From: a virus
Length of the DNA: 64,000 nucleotides
Strand: one strand, 5' to 3'
IMG/VR virus record: IMGVR_UViG_3300027708_000033
Span: 1 to 64,000 of that record
Every line of letters starts with the position of its first letter. Position 1 is the stretch's first letter. Under the pieces are notes generated by a model. That model searched no databases. It saw only the letters and a list, made by a program, of their open reading frames with translations, and was not told the origin of the DNA. Position numbers and translations under genes: made by a program. Positions 18,309-27,895 of this stretch are shown here, in pieces.

Positions 18309-19106
18309 TTATGACTTTTTACTAGACTTTTTCTTTAGTTCTACAGGTGTTTCAGCAATTTGCGCTTCCTGCTCAATACGAGCTTGTAGAAAGATGTTCT
18401 TTACAAAATTACCAGCAAACTCATACTCTCCAGCGTGAGTGATTCTTACCCATGGGGCTGCGTAAACTTTTCCTCCAAGATTCTGCCATCTGCGACAGAA
18501 ATAGAAATCCTCTGATAGTAAAACACCTAGCTCATCGATTTCTGTCTTAAAGAACTCAACGACCTTGTCATCAAGTTTCATAATTCCATCAAAGCCATGG
18601 TGTGCGTAAGTGTCGCAGTGAGGAGCCATTTGTTCAAAGACGTTACGGCTAATAAACATCATTCCAGTTCCAACGTTGTCTACTTCTAACGGCTGGTCAG
18701 TTACAACTGTAGTCGTGCCTGGTTTCAAGTTTGCTGAAAAGAATCCTGAGTAGCTGGCAAGGTCTTCTTCACCGTGTAGCACGGCTTCTCTGACTCTTGC
18801 CCAGTTGATGTTTTTCATAGGGTAGATAGCACCGATTAGGTCCACTTCAGACTCAATCATCTTTATCACGTGGTCAACATCAAAAGCATGGTCGGCGTCT
18901 ATGAACAACAACGCATCGTCCTCGGTGTTGAGGAACTCACGAACAAGCGAGTTTCTTCCACGAGTGATTAGACTCTCATTATAGATTTTTAGATATCTAA
19001 CCTGGTGTCCACGATTTGAAAGCTGGAAGATTAGGTTGATTAGGGCTTCTGTGTAGACGCCCTTACAGTTTCCTCCGTACATTGGAGTTGCTATGGATAG
19101 TTTCAT
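18309..19106 (-). CDS. GT-A fold glycosyltransferase-like protein
   Basis: IATPMYGG, RN.LV..FL, FIDAD (DxD), GTGMM.I.R, SEDFYFC. Confidence 0.8.
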   Translation of the reverse strand: MKLSIATPMYGGNCKGVYTEALINLIFQLSNRGHQVRYLKIYNESLITRGRNSLVREFLNTEDDALLFIDADHAFDVDHVIKMIESEVDLIGAIYPMKNINWARVREAVLHGEEDLASYSGFFSANLKPGTTTVVTDQPLEVDNVGTGMMFISRNVFEQMAPHCDTYAHHGFDGIMKLDDKVVEFFKTEIDELGVLLSEDFYFCRRWQNLGGKVYAAPWVRITHAGEYEFAGNFVKNIFLQARIEQEAQIAETPVELKKKSSKKS

Positions 19107-19121
19107 TTTATTGTTGTCTTT

Positions 19122-19415
19122 CTATTCTCCATGATGGACTATTGGGTACTCTAATTCACGAGCAATCTGAACTTCTAAACATGCGCCTTCACTAAGTTCC
19201 CACCCAGGAAGAGTCACAACCATGTTGCACTCTAGCAATTGCACTACAGATTCACGTATGTATTCTGGTCTAGCTCTGTTAGCTTCTCCATCAAAAAATT
19301 CAGCAGGATTACAGACTTCGTGGCCATCAGCTCTAAGTTCTTTAGCCATAAAATTAAACGCAGGGTAGTTGTAATCTTCCACGCCTGTCATCGGCCCGCT
19401 GATGTACACCCGCAT
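19122..19415 (-). CDS. DUF4406 / nucleoside deoxyribosyltransferase-like protein
   Basis: VYISGPMTG..YNYPAF...NPAE...LPGWE.S.GA.LE. Confidence 0.8.
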   Translation of the reverse strand: MRVYISGPMTGVEDYNYPAFNFMAKELRADGHEVCNPAEFFDGEANRARPEYIRESVVQLLECNMVVTLPGWELSEGACLEVQIARELEYPIVHHGE

Positions 19416-19417
19416 TT

Positions 19418-22042
19418 TTACCTGGCAAATCGGTTAGCCATTTGCCAGTCTACTTCTGCTGACTGCACGGCTCTTGGTAATAGCGAGTACCCGACTAGCT
19501 CGGCTCGTGCACCTTGACCGACGATTTCCTGGCCACGGTCCGACAACTTACGGTGGAACGCAATCTGTGACAGAGGTCGTTCACCACGCTCCTCTGACCA
19601 AAAACGATAAATTGCGTACAAAGACTTAATTGGCAGTGATGCACCAGGAAGTTCTTTTGTTTCCTCGTTTAGGAACATACCGATTCTGTCTTCATTCTTA
19701 CGATAGATGTCAGACGCGTTACTAACTGCTGTGCACCAACCAAGTGGGTCGCGAGCTTGAGAACCTAAGTACTTAATTGCACCTTCTACAGCCCAAGCAA
19801 GAACTGCAGGAAGTGCACCTTCTGGGTCGAACAGGTAAGCCTTCAAGTCTGGGTCTGGATTCTCAGGAACAAAAGACCAAGGAATTGGACGCAGACGACG
19901 CCACATGGCTTCATCATTAATGATAGGTCTGTGGTTTGTAGTAACCCAAAGTTTTGCTTGCGAGCTAAACGTAAATGGCTTTTCACCAGGTGAACGAGCA
20001 GAGATTTCAGATGAACCAGTCAGCTTCTTGACCGAGTTTTCCTTCATGCGCTCAGACTCTGGAAGCTCGTCAACCCAAACCATACGGCGACCACGAAGTT
20101 CAGCCCAGTGGTACAAGTCGGAGCCGTGTGCCTGTGCGTCACCTTGAGCAAGAATGCTAGAGTCTAGCGGCCATGCGTATTGCTGTGTACCTAGCGCTTT
20201 GACGATTGCTTCAACAAATGTGTTCTTACCAGAGCCAGGAGGACCATACACAAGGAACATAACGTCCTGTGTGCGTAAACCTGTTAGTGAGTATCCTGCA
20301 GCGCGTTGAATCCAATCCTGTAGCTCCTTGTCACCGCCTGTGGCAAAGTCCACGAACTGATTCCAACGAACATTGCTAAGTCCAGGCGTGTATGCAACAG
20401 GTGCACGACGAGTGATGTACAAATCTGGACGTCCTCGAAGAAGCTCGCCAGTACGCAAGTCAACTACACCGTTTGCGACACCTAGTAGATGCGAGTCGCT
20501 GTCCCAGTTATCGACACCAACTACGACGCGAGGGTCTGATGTTGCTGATTCAATAGCACCAGAAAGACGGCCGTTAGACTTTGCTTGTTGGGCCCACTTG
20601 ACTAAGTCGTTCTGCTCTTTTAGGTCAGTGTAGTTGACTACTTCAGATGCTATGACAGTCGCAAGACGCTTAGAAAGCTCACGCATTTCAAGTTCTTCAA
20701 CGTCTGGCTTCCAATAGTTACCGTCCCAGTGGAACCAACCAAGTCCAGGAGTGTATCGAACTGCAGAACCAAAAGTATCAACTAAACGACGACCGTTACC
20801 AGTGTCAGATAGCGAGCGCTTACCAGGTGTACCACCTTCAGCATCACTAAGTGCATCTGGGTCTTTTGGCACGTCAATGTTGTTGTCGCTAAACGCACGT
20901 GAAACTGAAACACCGCTTGTGACTGAGCTATACACCGCACCGCCAAGAGTTCCAGGTAGCGTAGTGTCTGTTACATGCGCATCATCTGGGTCAGAAGTTC
21001 CGACTCGGTCTTCAGTGTTAGTTCCTTTAAAACGTTCAGCAGTTTCATTCTGTGAGCGTTGCGCCCACTCAGTTAGACCTGGTACTACACGGTCAAAACG
21101 TGGCTGTGAACCAACAAAGTCCATGGCGCGTCGAGTGTGCATAATTACCGAGTTAGGTCCTTCTAGCTCCATAGGAGGGCGGACTTTTTCAGCATTAAAT
21201 CTAATCATCAAAGTTTCAATGGCTAGACGCTTGTACTCAGTGTCACAGCCCATCTTGTTTGCAAGAGCACAGGCTAGACGGTAAATCTCAACGGCACGCG
21301 AGCCTTCATCGATTCCTTCTTCAAGAACTTTGTCAATGTCAACACGTTCGCCTTTGAACTCAAGACCGTCCATAAAGCCCCAGTCACCTTCGCCTAAAGA
21401 CGAGCCGCTACGGCCAGTCTTTTTGCGGATTGCTTGAAGCAGTTCTTCTGGAGCTTCCAGCATTTCCATTTCCCATGGAGCCTGTCCAGGTTTCCAGTCG
21501 TAGGTCACTCCTGAGAAGTGACGGCTAGGTGCAAGCAAAACGTAACCATTGTGTTTGATGTCGATGCCAGGTAGTCCAGAGGCCTTTAGATTTCCGACTA
21601 GCTTTTCATTTGGGTCACACTTGTAAAATAAGTGACGACCGCGCATGATTTTGCCGTTATACGAGTACTCACCAGTTGAAGCCTCAACTGTCTTAGGCAG
21701 AGCGCCGTTGACTAGTTCTTCAAACTTTTCAAAAGAGTCTTCACCTCCGGAGCGAGGGTCAACATCGATAACTAAGAATCCAGACGGCTGTGCAAAAACA
21801 CCGATGTTTAGTTCTTCCGAGGTGTTCCACCAAGTCGACACTTGATTTTGGTCGGCGCTAGAAAATACTTGCCACTGGTTAATGCTCGGGTGCTTACCAA
21901 TGTCTTTAGGCTCATTGTGCGCACCGCTACAAGTACAACGTCCATCAACAATTCCATAGCAAGGAAGCACTCGCCAACCTTGTGATGCGTACCATAGAGC
22001 TCCAGGCTTTAGTCTGCCGGCAGCCGCGTCCCAATTGGTCAT
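19418..22042 (-). CDS. bifunctional primase-polymerase fused to D5/P4-family SF3 helicase
   Basis: N-terminal prim-pol (VIDVD, GRHLFY, GYVLLAPS); C-terminal GPPGSGKNT Walker A, KKLTG, AMWRR. Confidence 0.9.
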   Translation of the reverse strand: MTNWDAAAGRLKPGALWYASQGWRVLPCYGIVDGRCTCSGAHNEPKDIGKHPSINQWQVFSSADQNQVSTWWNTSEELNIGVFAQPSGFLVIDVDPRSGGEDSFEKFEELVNGALPKTVEASTGEYSYNGKIMRGRHLFYKCDPNEKLVGNLKASGLPGIDIKHNGYVLLAPSRHFSGVTYDWKPGQAPWEMEMLEAPEELLQAIRKKTGRSGSSLGEGDWGFMDGLEFKGERVDIDKVLEEGIDEGSRAVEIYRLACALANKMGCDTEYKRLAIETLMIRFNAEKVRPPMELEGPNSVIMHTRRAMDFVGSQPRFDRVVPGLTEWAQRSQNETAERFKGTNTEDRVGTSDPDDAHVTDTTLPGTLGGAVYSSVTSGVSVSRAFSDNNIDVPKDPDALSDAEGGTPGKRSLSDTGNGRRLVDTFGSAVRYTPGLGWFHWDGNYWKPDVEELEMRELSKRLATVIASEVVNYTDLKEQNDLVKWAQQAKSNGRLSGAIESATSDPRVVVGVDNWDSDSHLLGVANGVVDLRTGELLRGRPDLYITRRAPVAYTPGLSNVRWNQFVDFATGGDKELQDWIQRAAGYSLTGLRTQDVMFLVYGPPGSGKNTFVEAIVKALGTQQYAWPLDSSILAQGDAQAHGSDLYHWAELRGRRMVWVDELPESERMKENSVKKLTGSSEISARSPGEKPFTFSSQAKLWVTTNHRPIINDEAMWRRLRPIPWSFVPENPDPDLKAYLFDPEGALPAVLAWAVEGAIKYLGSQARDPLGWCTAVSNASDIYRKNEDRIGMFLNEETKELPGASLPIKSLYAIYRFWSEERGERPLSQIAFHRKLSDRGQEIVGQGARAELVGYSLLPRAVQSAEVDWQMANRFAR

Positions 22043-22260
22043 CGCTGTACCTGCAACTCTGCTGGAACAGTAGAAAGCATTGAGCTAATCCAAGCATCGG
22101 CGTCCGTGGCTAAAATGTAAATGCGTTCTCGCCCTGTTTCAGTGATTGTTCTGATAGCTGGAAGCTCTCCGGTGTACGTAGCACGGACAACCGTTCTTGT
22201 TGGAATTCCGTAAGCCATGGCTACTGCTCGTACACTCATACGTCGTTTTGTCTGTTCCAT
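22039..22260 (-). CDS. excisionase/MerR-like HTH DNA-binding protein
   Basis: MSVRAVAMAYGIPTRTVVRATYTGELPA...RIYI....DAWI. Confidence 0.7.
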   Translation of the reverse strand: MEQTKRRMSVRAVAMAYGIPTRTVVRATYTGELPAIRTITETGRERIYILATDADAWISSMLSTVPAELQVQR

Positions 22261-22543
22261 TTTTACCTCTCATTTACGACCATACCATGAAGGCGACAAA
22301 ATTACCACTGTTGATGGTATTTCTGTTTACGACCTGTCGTACGCGTCTTGAATGTTCAACATTTGCGATGTTTGCAACATTTGTCGTGTTCCAACTATAC
22401 ACCGAACAACTGTGAAAAATTGCCATTTAGTGGTGTTTCGTGGCTAAGTTCCATAATAGACCTGGGTTTGTCTAGTATAAAATTGACTCAACACCAGCCT
22501 GCCATGGCAGAGACCCAGAGGCACTAAATAATTAGGAATTTCA

Positions 22544-22834
22544 GTGGACGCCATTTTCACCGTAGCTGCAATAATTACAGGTATAGCCACAATTATAGGT
22601 GCTTTAGTAGCTGTATACCGTATAGCCCGTCGACTAGACGATGCAGTCGGCAAGGATTCCAGTGGGCGAACCCTATCTGAAAGACTAGAACGAGTAGAGC
22701 ACCAACTCTGGGAAAACGGTGGAAGCTCGCTTGCTGATAGAGTAAACCGCATCGAGGATACAGCTGCAAAGACGCATACTGAAACTATATTGGTCAAAGA
22801 AATACTAGTTGCCATGGTTGGCAAGCAAAAATAG
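22544..22834 (+). CDS. membrane protein with coiled coil (lysis-associated type)
   Basis: N-terminal TM; ERLERVEHQL..NGGSSLADRVNRIE. Confidence 0.7.
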   Translation: MDAIFTVAAIITGIATIIGALVAVYRIARRLDDAVGKDSSGRTLSERLERVEHQLWENGGSSLADRVNRIEDTAAKTHTETILVKEILVAMVGKQK

Positions 22835-22934
22835 TCTCTAGAAAATAACCTATTTATAGAGGTGTTTTGTAGGTACAACGCTGTAAAATAATTCTAACTG
22901 CTCTAAAGCACAATAGAGTGGCCGAAGGATACAG

Positions 22935-23219
22935 ATGTCATTCGCAGAGAGAATAGAGCAGCAGCTCATTGAAACAGCCAAACTTGGCGACAAACGTTGC
23001 GCGCTGGCTAATCTATTTACAGATGACCGTCTAACCAAGGAAGACCAAGAGAAGCTAAAGGAAGTCGTTGACTGCCCAGCAAACGACCCTAGAAAATTAT
23101 CTATGGTAACTATTGCTCTTGCCCTTCGTGCTGAAGGAATCGAAATAAGTAAAACAGCAATTGGAGACCATCGGCGCAAAGCGTGTCGCTGTTACTCAAA
23201 GAAAGATGACAGCCAATGA
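22935..23219 (+). CDS. small HTH-like protein with C-terminal HRRxxCxC
   Basis: IALALRAEGIEISKTAIGDHRRKACRC; coupled to the phosphoesterase gene. Confidence 0.7.
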   Translation: MSFAERIEQQLIETAKLGDKRCALANLFTDDRLTKEDQEKLKEVVDCPANDPRKLSMVTIALALRAEGIEISKTAIGDHRRKACRCYSKKDDSQ

Positions 23220-24409
23220 GCTTCTCAGAAAATCTAGAAAACTTAGCTAGTCCAGGACAAAGTGGTTCAGATGCCAAGGCACTGAATACTCCTGAGAATT
23301 GGCGTCCCCGCTTGGAGCTAGACTCTTCAGGCGGATTTCTTATTTCAACTCCAAGAAGTGCAGGCGACATTCCAGATGCTGAGCAACTTCTAAGTGAGTT
23401 TGACCTAGACCCTCGTTCTTGGCGGGTAACTGGAGTTCGTCGCTCACGATGGCAGAAGTACGACGGTGAGTGGCTAGAAGCCTTTCGTGTAAGTGTTGTT
23501 CCGGCCGAATTAGCGGTCGCTGACCAGCTAGATGTTGAAATGCTAATTGCAGACATAAAAGGCTGGCGTCCAGAAAAAGGAATCAAGCAGGCTACAGGAA
23601 CCGGTGCGTTTGTCATTGCACCTAGCGACCAGCAAATTGGTAAAAAAGCCGGCGGACAGGGAACTCAACAGTCAATTGAAAGAATCCTAGCCACCACTCA
23701 AGCAGCTGTAGACCGCTTCAATGGACTAAAGCGCTATGGACTAAATCTCGGCACTATCGCTCTTCCTCTTCCTGGTGACCACGTTGAAGGTAACGTGTCA
23801 CAAAATGGACGTCTTCAAGGTCAAGCTTCGTCCGACCTGGGACTTACAGAGCAGGTACGTGTTGCACGTCGTTTGCTAATGCAGCAAATTAAAATGTTAG
23901 CGCCTCTTGCAGAGCGCATGATTGTTCCAGTCGTCAATGGAAACCACGACGAGGTAACTCGTCAGGTCACTGCCGATCCAGCCGACGGCTGGAACGTAGA
24001 AATTGCGTCAGCGGTTCAAGACGCCTGTGCTGAGAATCCAGCACTCCAGCACATTGAGTTTAGATACCCTGCATCTGGTCATCAAACACTAACTGTAAAC
24101 ATTGACGGAACAATGCTTGGACTATTTCACGGACATCAGATGCGTGACCCAGTTAAGTACCTGTCTGCTCAAGCAGCAGGACAGACTGCATTAGGAAATG
24201 CAGACGTTTGGATTTCAGGACACTTCCACAACTTCAAGTGTACAGACATTGGCCACCGTCTTTGGGTTCAATGCCCAACAATAGACCCAGGTTCAGAATG
24301 GTTCCGCGACCGTGCAGGTCTAGAATCAAAGCCAGGACTTTTGACAATGGTTATCGGCGGAGAGTTTGACCCACGTGAGCACATCAACGTGATTCCGGCT
24401 AAGCGCTAA
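23216..24409 (+). CDS. calcineurin-like metallophosphoesterase (Mre11-like nuclease)
   Basis: SDQQIG, GDHVEG, GNHD, FHGH and GHFH motifs. Confidence 0.85.
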   Translation: MSFSENLENLASPGQSGSDAKALNTPENWRPRLELDSSGGFLISTPRSAGDIPDAEQLLSEFDLDPRSWRVTGVRRSRWQKYDGEWLEAFRVSVVPAELAVADQLDVEMLIADIKGWRPEKGIKQATGTGAFVIAPSDQQIGKKAGGQGTQQSIERILATTQAAVDRFNGLKRYGLNLGTIALPLPGDHVEGNVSQNGRLQGQASSDLGLTEQVRVARRLLMQQIKMLAPLAERMIVPVVNGNHDEVTRQVTADPADGWNVEIASAVQDACAENPALQHIEFRYPASGHQTLTVNIDGTMLGLFHGHQMRDPVKYLSAQAAGQTALGNADVWISGHFHNFKCTDIGHRLWVQCPTIDPGSEWFRDRAGLESKPGLLTMVIGGEFDPREHINVIPAKR

Positions 24410-24990
24410 TGACTGAGTATCCAAACTGGTTCGCTAGCGGAGTTGCAATTCAGTATTTTAGTCAGATACTTGGCGAGTTTATAGGTCAACCAGTGCGCAT
24501 GCTACAAATTGGTGCCTATACCGGTGACGCATCTGAGTGGCTTCTAAACAATGTACTCACTAACCCAGAGTCACGTCTTGTAGATGTTGACACGTGGGAA
24601 GGTTCAGATGAGGAGGCACACAGAGCTCTAGACTGGAATAGCGTCGAGTCATTATACACAAGCAGACTTAAAAGCCAGCTAGCTGACGGTAGACTCGTAA
24701 AGGTAAAGTCAACTAGTGCTGAGTACTTTGCCACATACGACGAGATGTATGACTTTATCTATGTAGACGGCGACCACACTGGAATCGGTGTTTTAGCTGA
24801 CGCCATAGACGCGTATGACTGTCTTAATGTTGGAGGAATTGTTGCCTTTGATGACTACGACTGGAACCCAGATAATCTTCCTAGGCATCTCACTCCAGCT
24901 CCAGCTATCGACGCCATTAGAGAGATTTACACTGGCAAACTAGAAGTAATAGCTGAAGGCTATCAAGTTTGGTTTAGAAAGATTTCTTAG
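24409..24990 (+). CDS. class I SAM-dependent methyltransferase (Methyltransf_24-like)
   Basis: LQIGAYTG, VDTW, YDFIYVDGDH, GGIVAFDDY. Confidence 0.85.
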   Translation: MTEYPNWFASGVAIQYFSQILGEFIGQPVRMLQIGAYTGDASEWLLNNVLTNPESRLVDVDTWEGSDEEAHRALDWNSVESLYTSRLKSQLADGRLVKVKSTSAEYFATYDEMYDFIYVDGDHTGIGVLADAIDAYDCLNVGGIVAFDDYDWNPDNLPRHLTPAPAIDAIREIYTGKLEVIAEGYQVWFRKIS

Positions 24991-25519
24991 CTTTCTCTTT
25001 GGCCTTTTTTGCGTCTGCTATAGCCTTTTTTCTTAGGCGCTCAGCTGCCTGCTTTTCTAACTTGTCGGTTCGCTGTGCATGATAAGCCTCAACAGCATTC
25101 GCACTTGTTCGGCTACGCCACGTAAAGTCACATGCAGTACAGTGAACCATTTTCATAGTTTGCCAACGGCCACCGCCAGGAACATCTTTAGAATAAGTCT
25201 CTAGTTTACTAGGTCTAGCAGTGCAGAACGGGCATTGGGGGAATCTACGTCGACGAGACTCCTGACCGTCCCAAGAAACTGACAAAGTTCTACGCAAGTC
25301 GACTTCATCTCGACCGCCCCAGATTCCCCAGATTTGACGATTTTCAAGTGCCCACTTCAAACAGTCCTGGCGAACAGGGCAAGCAAAGCACATGTTTTTT
25401 GCTTGATACTTTTCATCGGCTTTGCTAGAAAAGAAAAATTCTATTTTTTCTCTATTTTCAGTTTTAGCACACTCGGCATCTTTTTGCCACTCTAGTCCGC
25501 TTGATTGGTTATTTATCAT
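24974..25519 (-). CDS. whiB: WhiB family protein with C-terminal zinc ribbon
   Basis: WQ..AEC...FF...AK.MC..CPVR..CL..AL...WGIWGG plus CPFC...CTAC; probable start ATG 25519. Confidence 0.88.
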   Translation of the reverse strand: MINNQSSGLEWQKDAECAKTENREKIEFFFSSKADEKYQAKNMCFACPVRQDCLKWALENRQIWGIWGGRDEVDLRRTLSVSWDGQESRRRRFPQCPFCTARPSKLETYSKDVPGGGRWQTMKMVHCTACDFTWRSRTSANAVEAYHAQRTDKLEKQAAERLRKKAIADAKKAKEKAKKSF

Positions 25520-25857
25520 CAGATTTCCACCCATGTGATTTCAAGAACACTACCGACACACTCGCCTTCACGAGTTTCGCCTTGTTCATCACATAGGGTG
25601 AGGTCTCTAGAATCTTCAATCTCTCCCGCATGTCCATGAGTAACGGCTGCGCTTTCAAGTGCGGCAAAGGCTTGTCCGAGAGAGGAGATAGAGCCATCGC
25701 GTTGCAGTGCTGAAGCTAATGCACGGCGAACAACTTCATGTTCTAGGTCTACGTGGGTTTCTGTAAAGAACACAAGGTGGTCAGGATTGTTAGGTTCATA
25801 GCCTTCACCAGTCCATTCCTGCCATAGGCTTTCGCCTATGCGTGAATCTTTGACCAT
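25519..25857 (-). CDS. acidic hypothetical protein
   Basis: 112-aa ORF with GGAG RBS, coupled to whiB. Confidence 0.7.
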   Translation of the reverse strand: MVKDSRIGESLWQEWTGEGYEPNNPDHLVFFTETHVDLEHEVVRRALASALQRDGSISSLGQAFAALESAAVTHGHAGEIEDSRDLTLCDEQGETREGECVGSVLEITWVEI

Positions 25858-25982
25858 GATGCTCCAACTTTAGCTTTGAAGCAAATATATCACTTATGTC
25901 AGTGGAAAACGCGTGTAAGCCGATGTGTTTCACATAAACAAAATAGATTACACTTTACACATGAAAGCGCGTCAAATGGCCA

Positions 25983-26537
25983 CTAAATAGTCGGTTGACG
26001 CAGTGCCGTGGTTTGGTCTATGCCAAAAGTGTAATTACCAGTGATATCTGGCCAAACGTATGAGTATGACTCAGGCCGCTGGCCTTTGTCTTCTGGCCAG
26101 CCAAATTGCGAGTACCAGTCATAATGCTTGTTGAGTAGCGCGCGTCTGTGGCTAGATGCTATAAGCTCAAACAAGTCGGTCTTGGCCATCCAAGTAGGAC
26201 GCTCGAGCACGTCTGAAGTTTTTACTATTTCTAAAAGCTTAGCAAACTCATAAGTCTCCTTGGCTTTATCACCAATAGTCGACTTGTAGCCACGTGACTT
26301 CCATTCTGTGACCATAGCGTGGATGTACTCAAGCAGCATTCCCTCATGCCCTTGCCACATCTTTACAGCCGGGTGATTTGCCCAACCTTTGACTGTTCTA
26401 GGTGTACCGTCTGGGTTTAGTTTTACGAGAACCATAAGAATCTGCCAGCCTTCTAAGGCTTGCTTATTCAGTCGTTTGTTGTCGAGAACCTTAGCCATGT
26501 CCTCAAAGCTGGTTGTTGCTGGAATAAATGTCTGCAT
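25983..26537 (-). CDS. pyrimidine-dimer DNA glycosylase-like (MSMEG_6728/DenV family) protein
   Basis: MQTF.P...LD.KRL.KQ.LE..QIL...NHPAVKMW.G...SHR..LL.K...WY. Confidence 0.8.
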   Translation of the reverse strand: MQTFIPATTSFEDMAKVLDNKRLNKQALEGWQILMVLVKLNPDGTPRTVKGWANHPAVKMWQGHEGMLLEYIHAMVTEWKSRGYKSTIGDKAKETYEFAKLLEIVKTSDVLERPTWMAKTDLFELIASSHRRALLNKHYDWYSQFGWPEDKGQRPESYSYVWPDITGNYTFGIDQTTALRQPTI

Positions 26538-26540
26538 AAT

Positions 26541-26567
26541 TGTCCTTTTGTCATTAGTACTATTATA
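26541..26567 (-). promoter_or_regulatory. promoter -10 plus conserved leader motif
   Basis: TATAAT-N6-AATGACAAAAGGACA just before ATG; near-copies at 33636, 38567 and 1103. Confidence 0.65.
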
Positions 26568-26575
26568 CCATGTAT

Positions 26576-27196
26576 TTAACGTTCTTTGCTCAAACTTCCA
26601 ATACTTTCATAGAGACTGCTTGTCTGAGCAAAAAATGGAGAATCGTACACAAGTACTTCATAGAAAGTTTGACCTACTGAAAAAAGCACATCATGAGGAA
26701 CAGCTATTTCAAGTGCTCTTCTACAAGTTCTGTGTGCAAACTTTTTGTATTCGTCACTTACGTACAAGATAGCATGAGCAGCAAGCATGCTTATGACTCT
26801 GTAGATTCCTTCTGCAACAGGAGGCACTTGAATTTGAGTAGGACCAATTGACCATCTTTGAGACGCACCATCAATGTCAAACAAACCTAATGCATAGTTG
26901 CCAAGATAGATTGCGTCAGTCGAGTCTGGAATTTGAAGCACATCTGGAAGACTGTTTATCTCTATTGCATCGTCTTCTAAAATAAGAATAGGACCGCCGG
27001 CTGCCTGTGCAACTTCTATTGCTCGCATGTGAGATGTTGTGCAGCCTCGGATAAACGTACTATCCTTAGTTGCTGATAATCTTAGGACTTCCTTAAAGTT
27101 ATACTTGCTAAGCATAGACTCTATTTTTCGTCGTTTGTCAGTGTCCTCATCTAAGTTGATGTAGATTACTACGACGTCACTTAGTTTTATCTGCAA
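26576..27196 (-). CDS. glycosyltransferase family 25-like protein
   Basis: YINLD....RR, GC..SH, ILILEDDA, AHAILY; probable start TTG 27196. Confidence 0.8.
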   Translation of the reverse strand: MQIKLSDVVVIYINLDEDTDKRRKIESMLSKYNFKEVLRLSATKDSTFIRGCTTSHMRAIEVAQAAGGPILILEDDAIEINSLPDVLQIPDSTDAIYLGNYALGLFDIDGASQRWSIGPTQIQVPPVAEGIYRVISMLAAHAILYVSDEYKKFAHRTCRRALEIAVPHDVLFSVGQTFYEVLVYDSPFFAQTSSLYESIGSLSKER

Positions 27197-27485
27197 GCTG
27201 GCCAACCTCAAAACCGATACCTGCATAACCAGCAATGTCAATCCATGTATCAGCCTGAAACTCACTCTTATTCACATAGCGAGCCATCTTCAAGCCGACC
27301 ATTGCCATTGCCACATCTTGAGCTGTAATCTCAATTGCAAAAATAACTGACCAGATTTTAGCAATACGTCCGAGGTTATCCTCAGGAGCACCATACTGCA
27401 CATCTCTGTCGCCTGCAATTATTCTTGCTGCTTCACGAAGTGCCTCGATACGAGGAAGGTCTTTACCTTGAGTTTCTTCTGTCAT
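27177..27485 (-). CDS. DUF6378-like protein
   Basis: A..II.GDR..QYG.P..N..RIA..WS...DVA..M..LK.AR...D.WIDIAGYA. Confidence 0.8.
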   Translation of the reverse strand: MTEETQGKDLPRIEALREAARIIAGDRDVQYGAPEDNLGRIAKIWSVIFAIEITAQDVAMAMVGLKMARYVNKSEFQADTWIDIAGYAGIGFEVGQLADKTK

Positions 27486-27895
27486 TAGCGAATCCTCTTC
27501 TCCAAGTCTTCTGGACGAAAGTGCGTGCCGTCAATAGACTTGTCAGGTGAACCAAAAATAATGTCACCTGAGCGGATAGCGCCAATAGTGCCGACCTTGC
27601 CGTTAAACGCCATGCCCTTATCTCCGACAAAAGCATTAGTTCTAACTCTGATAATTTCACCGACTTTTAGCTGACCGGCTCTAGCCTGCACCCAGACTTC
27701 ATCTTGCGAACTCTGTACGAGCGAATGCCCTTGAGCAACCTTGCCTAGAATCTCAAAGATTTCCTTAGCTTGCTCTGGAGTAGCGTCAATTTCTTCCCAA
27801 GTCTTTAGAAGTTTTAGAACCGCTCTACCTGTTCCGATACGAATTTTTGCTGCGGTGAACTGCTGGTTTATCCAGTCGTAGTTTACATTAGTCAT
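27485..27895 (-). CDS. hypothetical protein with KOW/SH3-like C-terminus
   Basis: Probable start ATG 27895; LKVGEIIRV...NGKVG.I.AIRSGDII. Confidence 0.6.
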   Translation of the reverse strand: MTNVNYDWINQQFTAAKIRIGTGRAVLKLLKTWEEIDATPEQAKEIFEILGKVAQGHSLVQSSQDEVWVQARAGQLKVGEIIRVRTNAFVGDKGMAFNGKVGTIGAIRSGDIIFGSPDKSIDGTHFRPEDLEKRIR

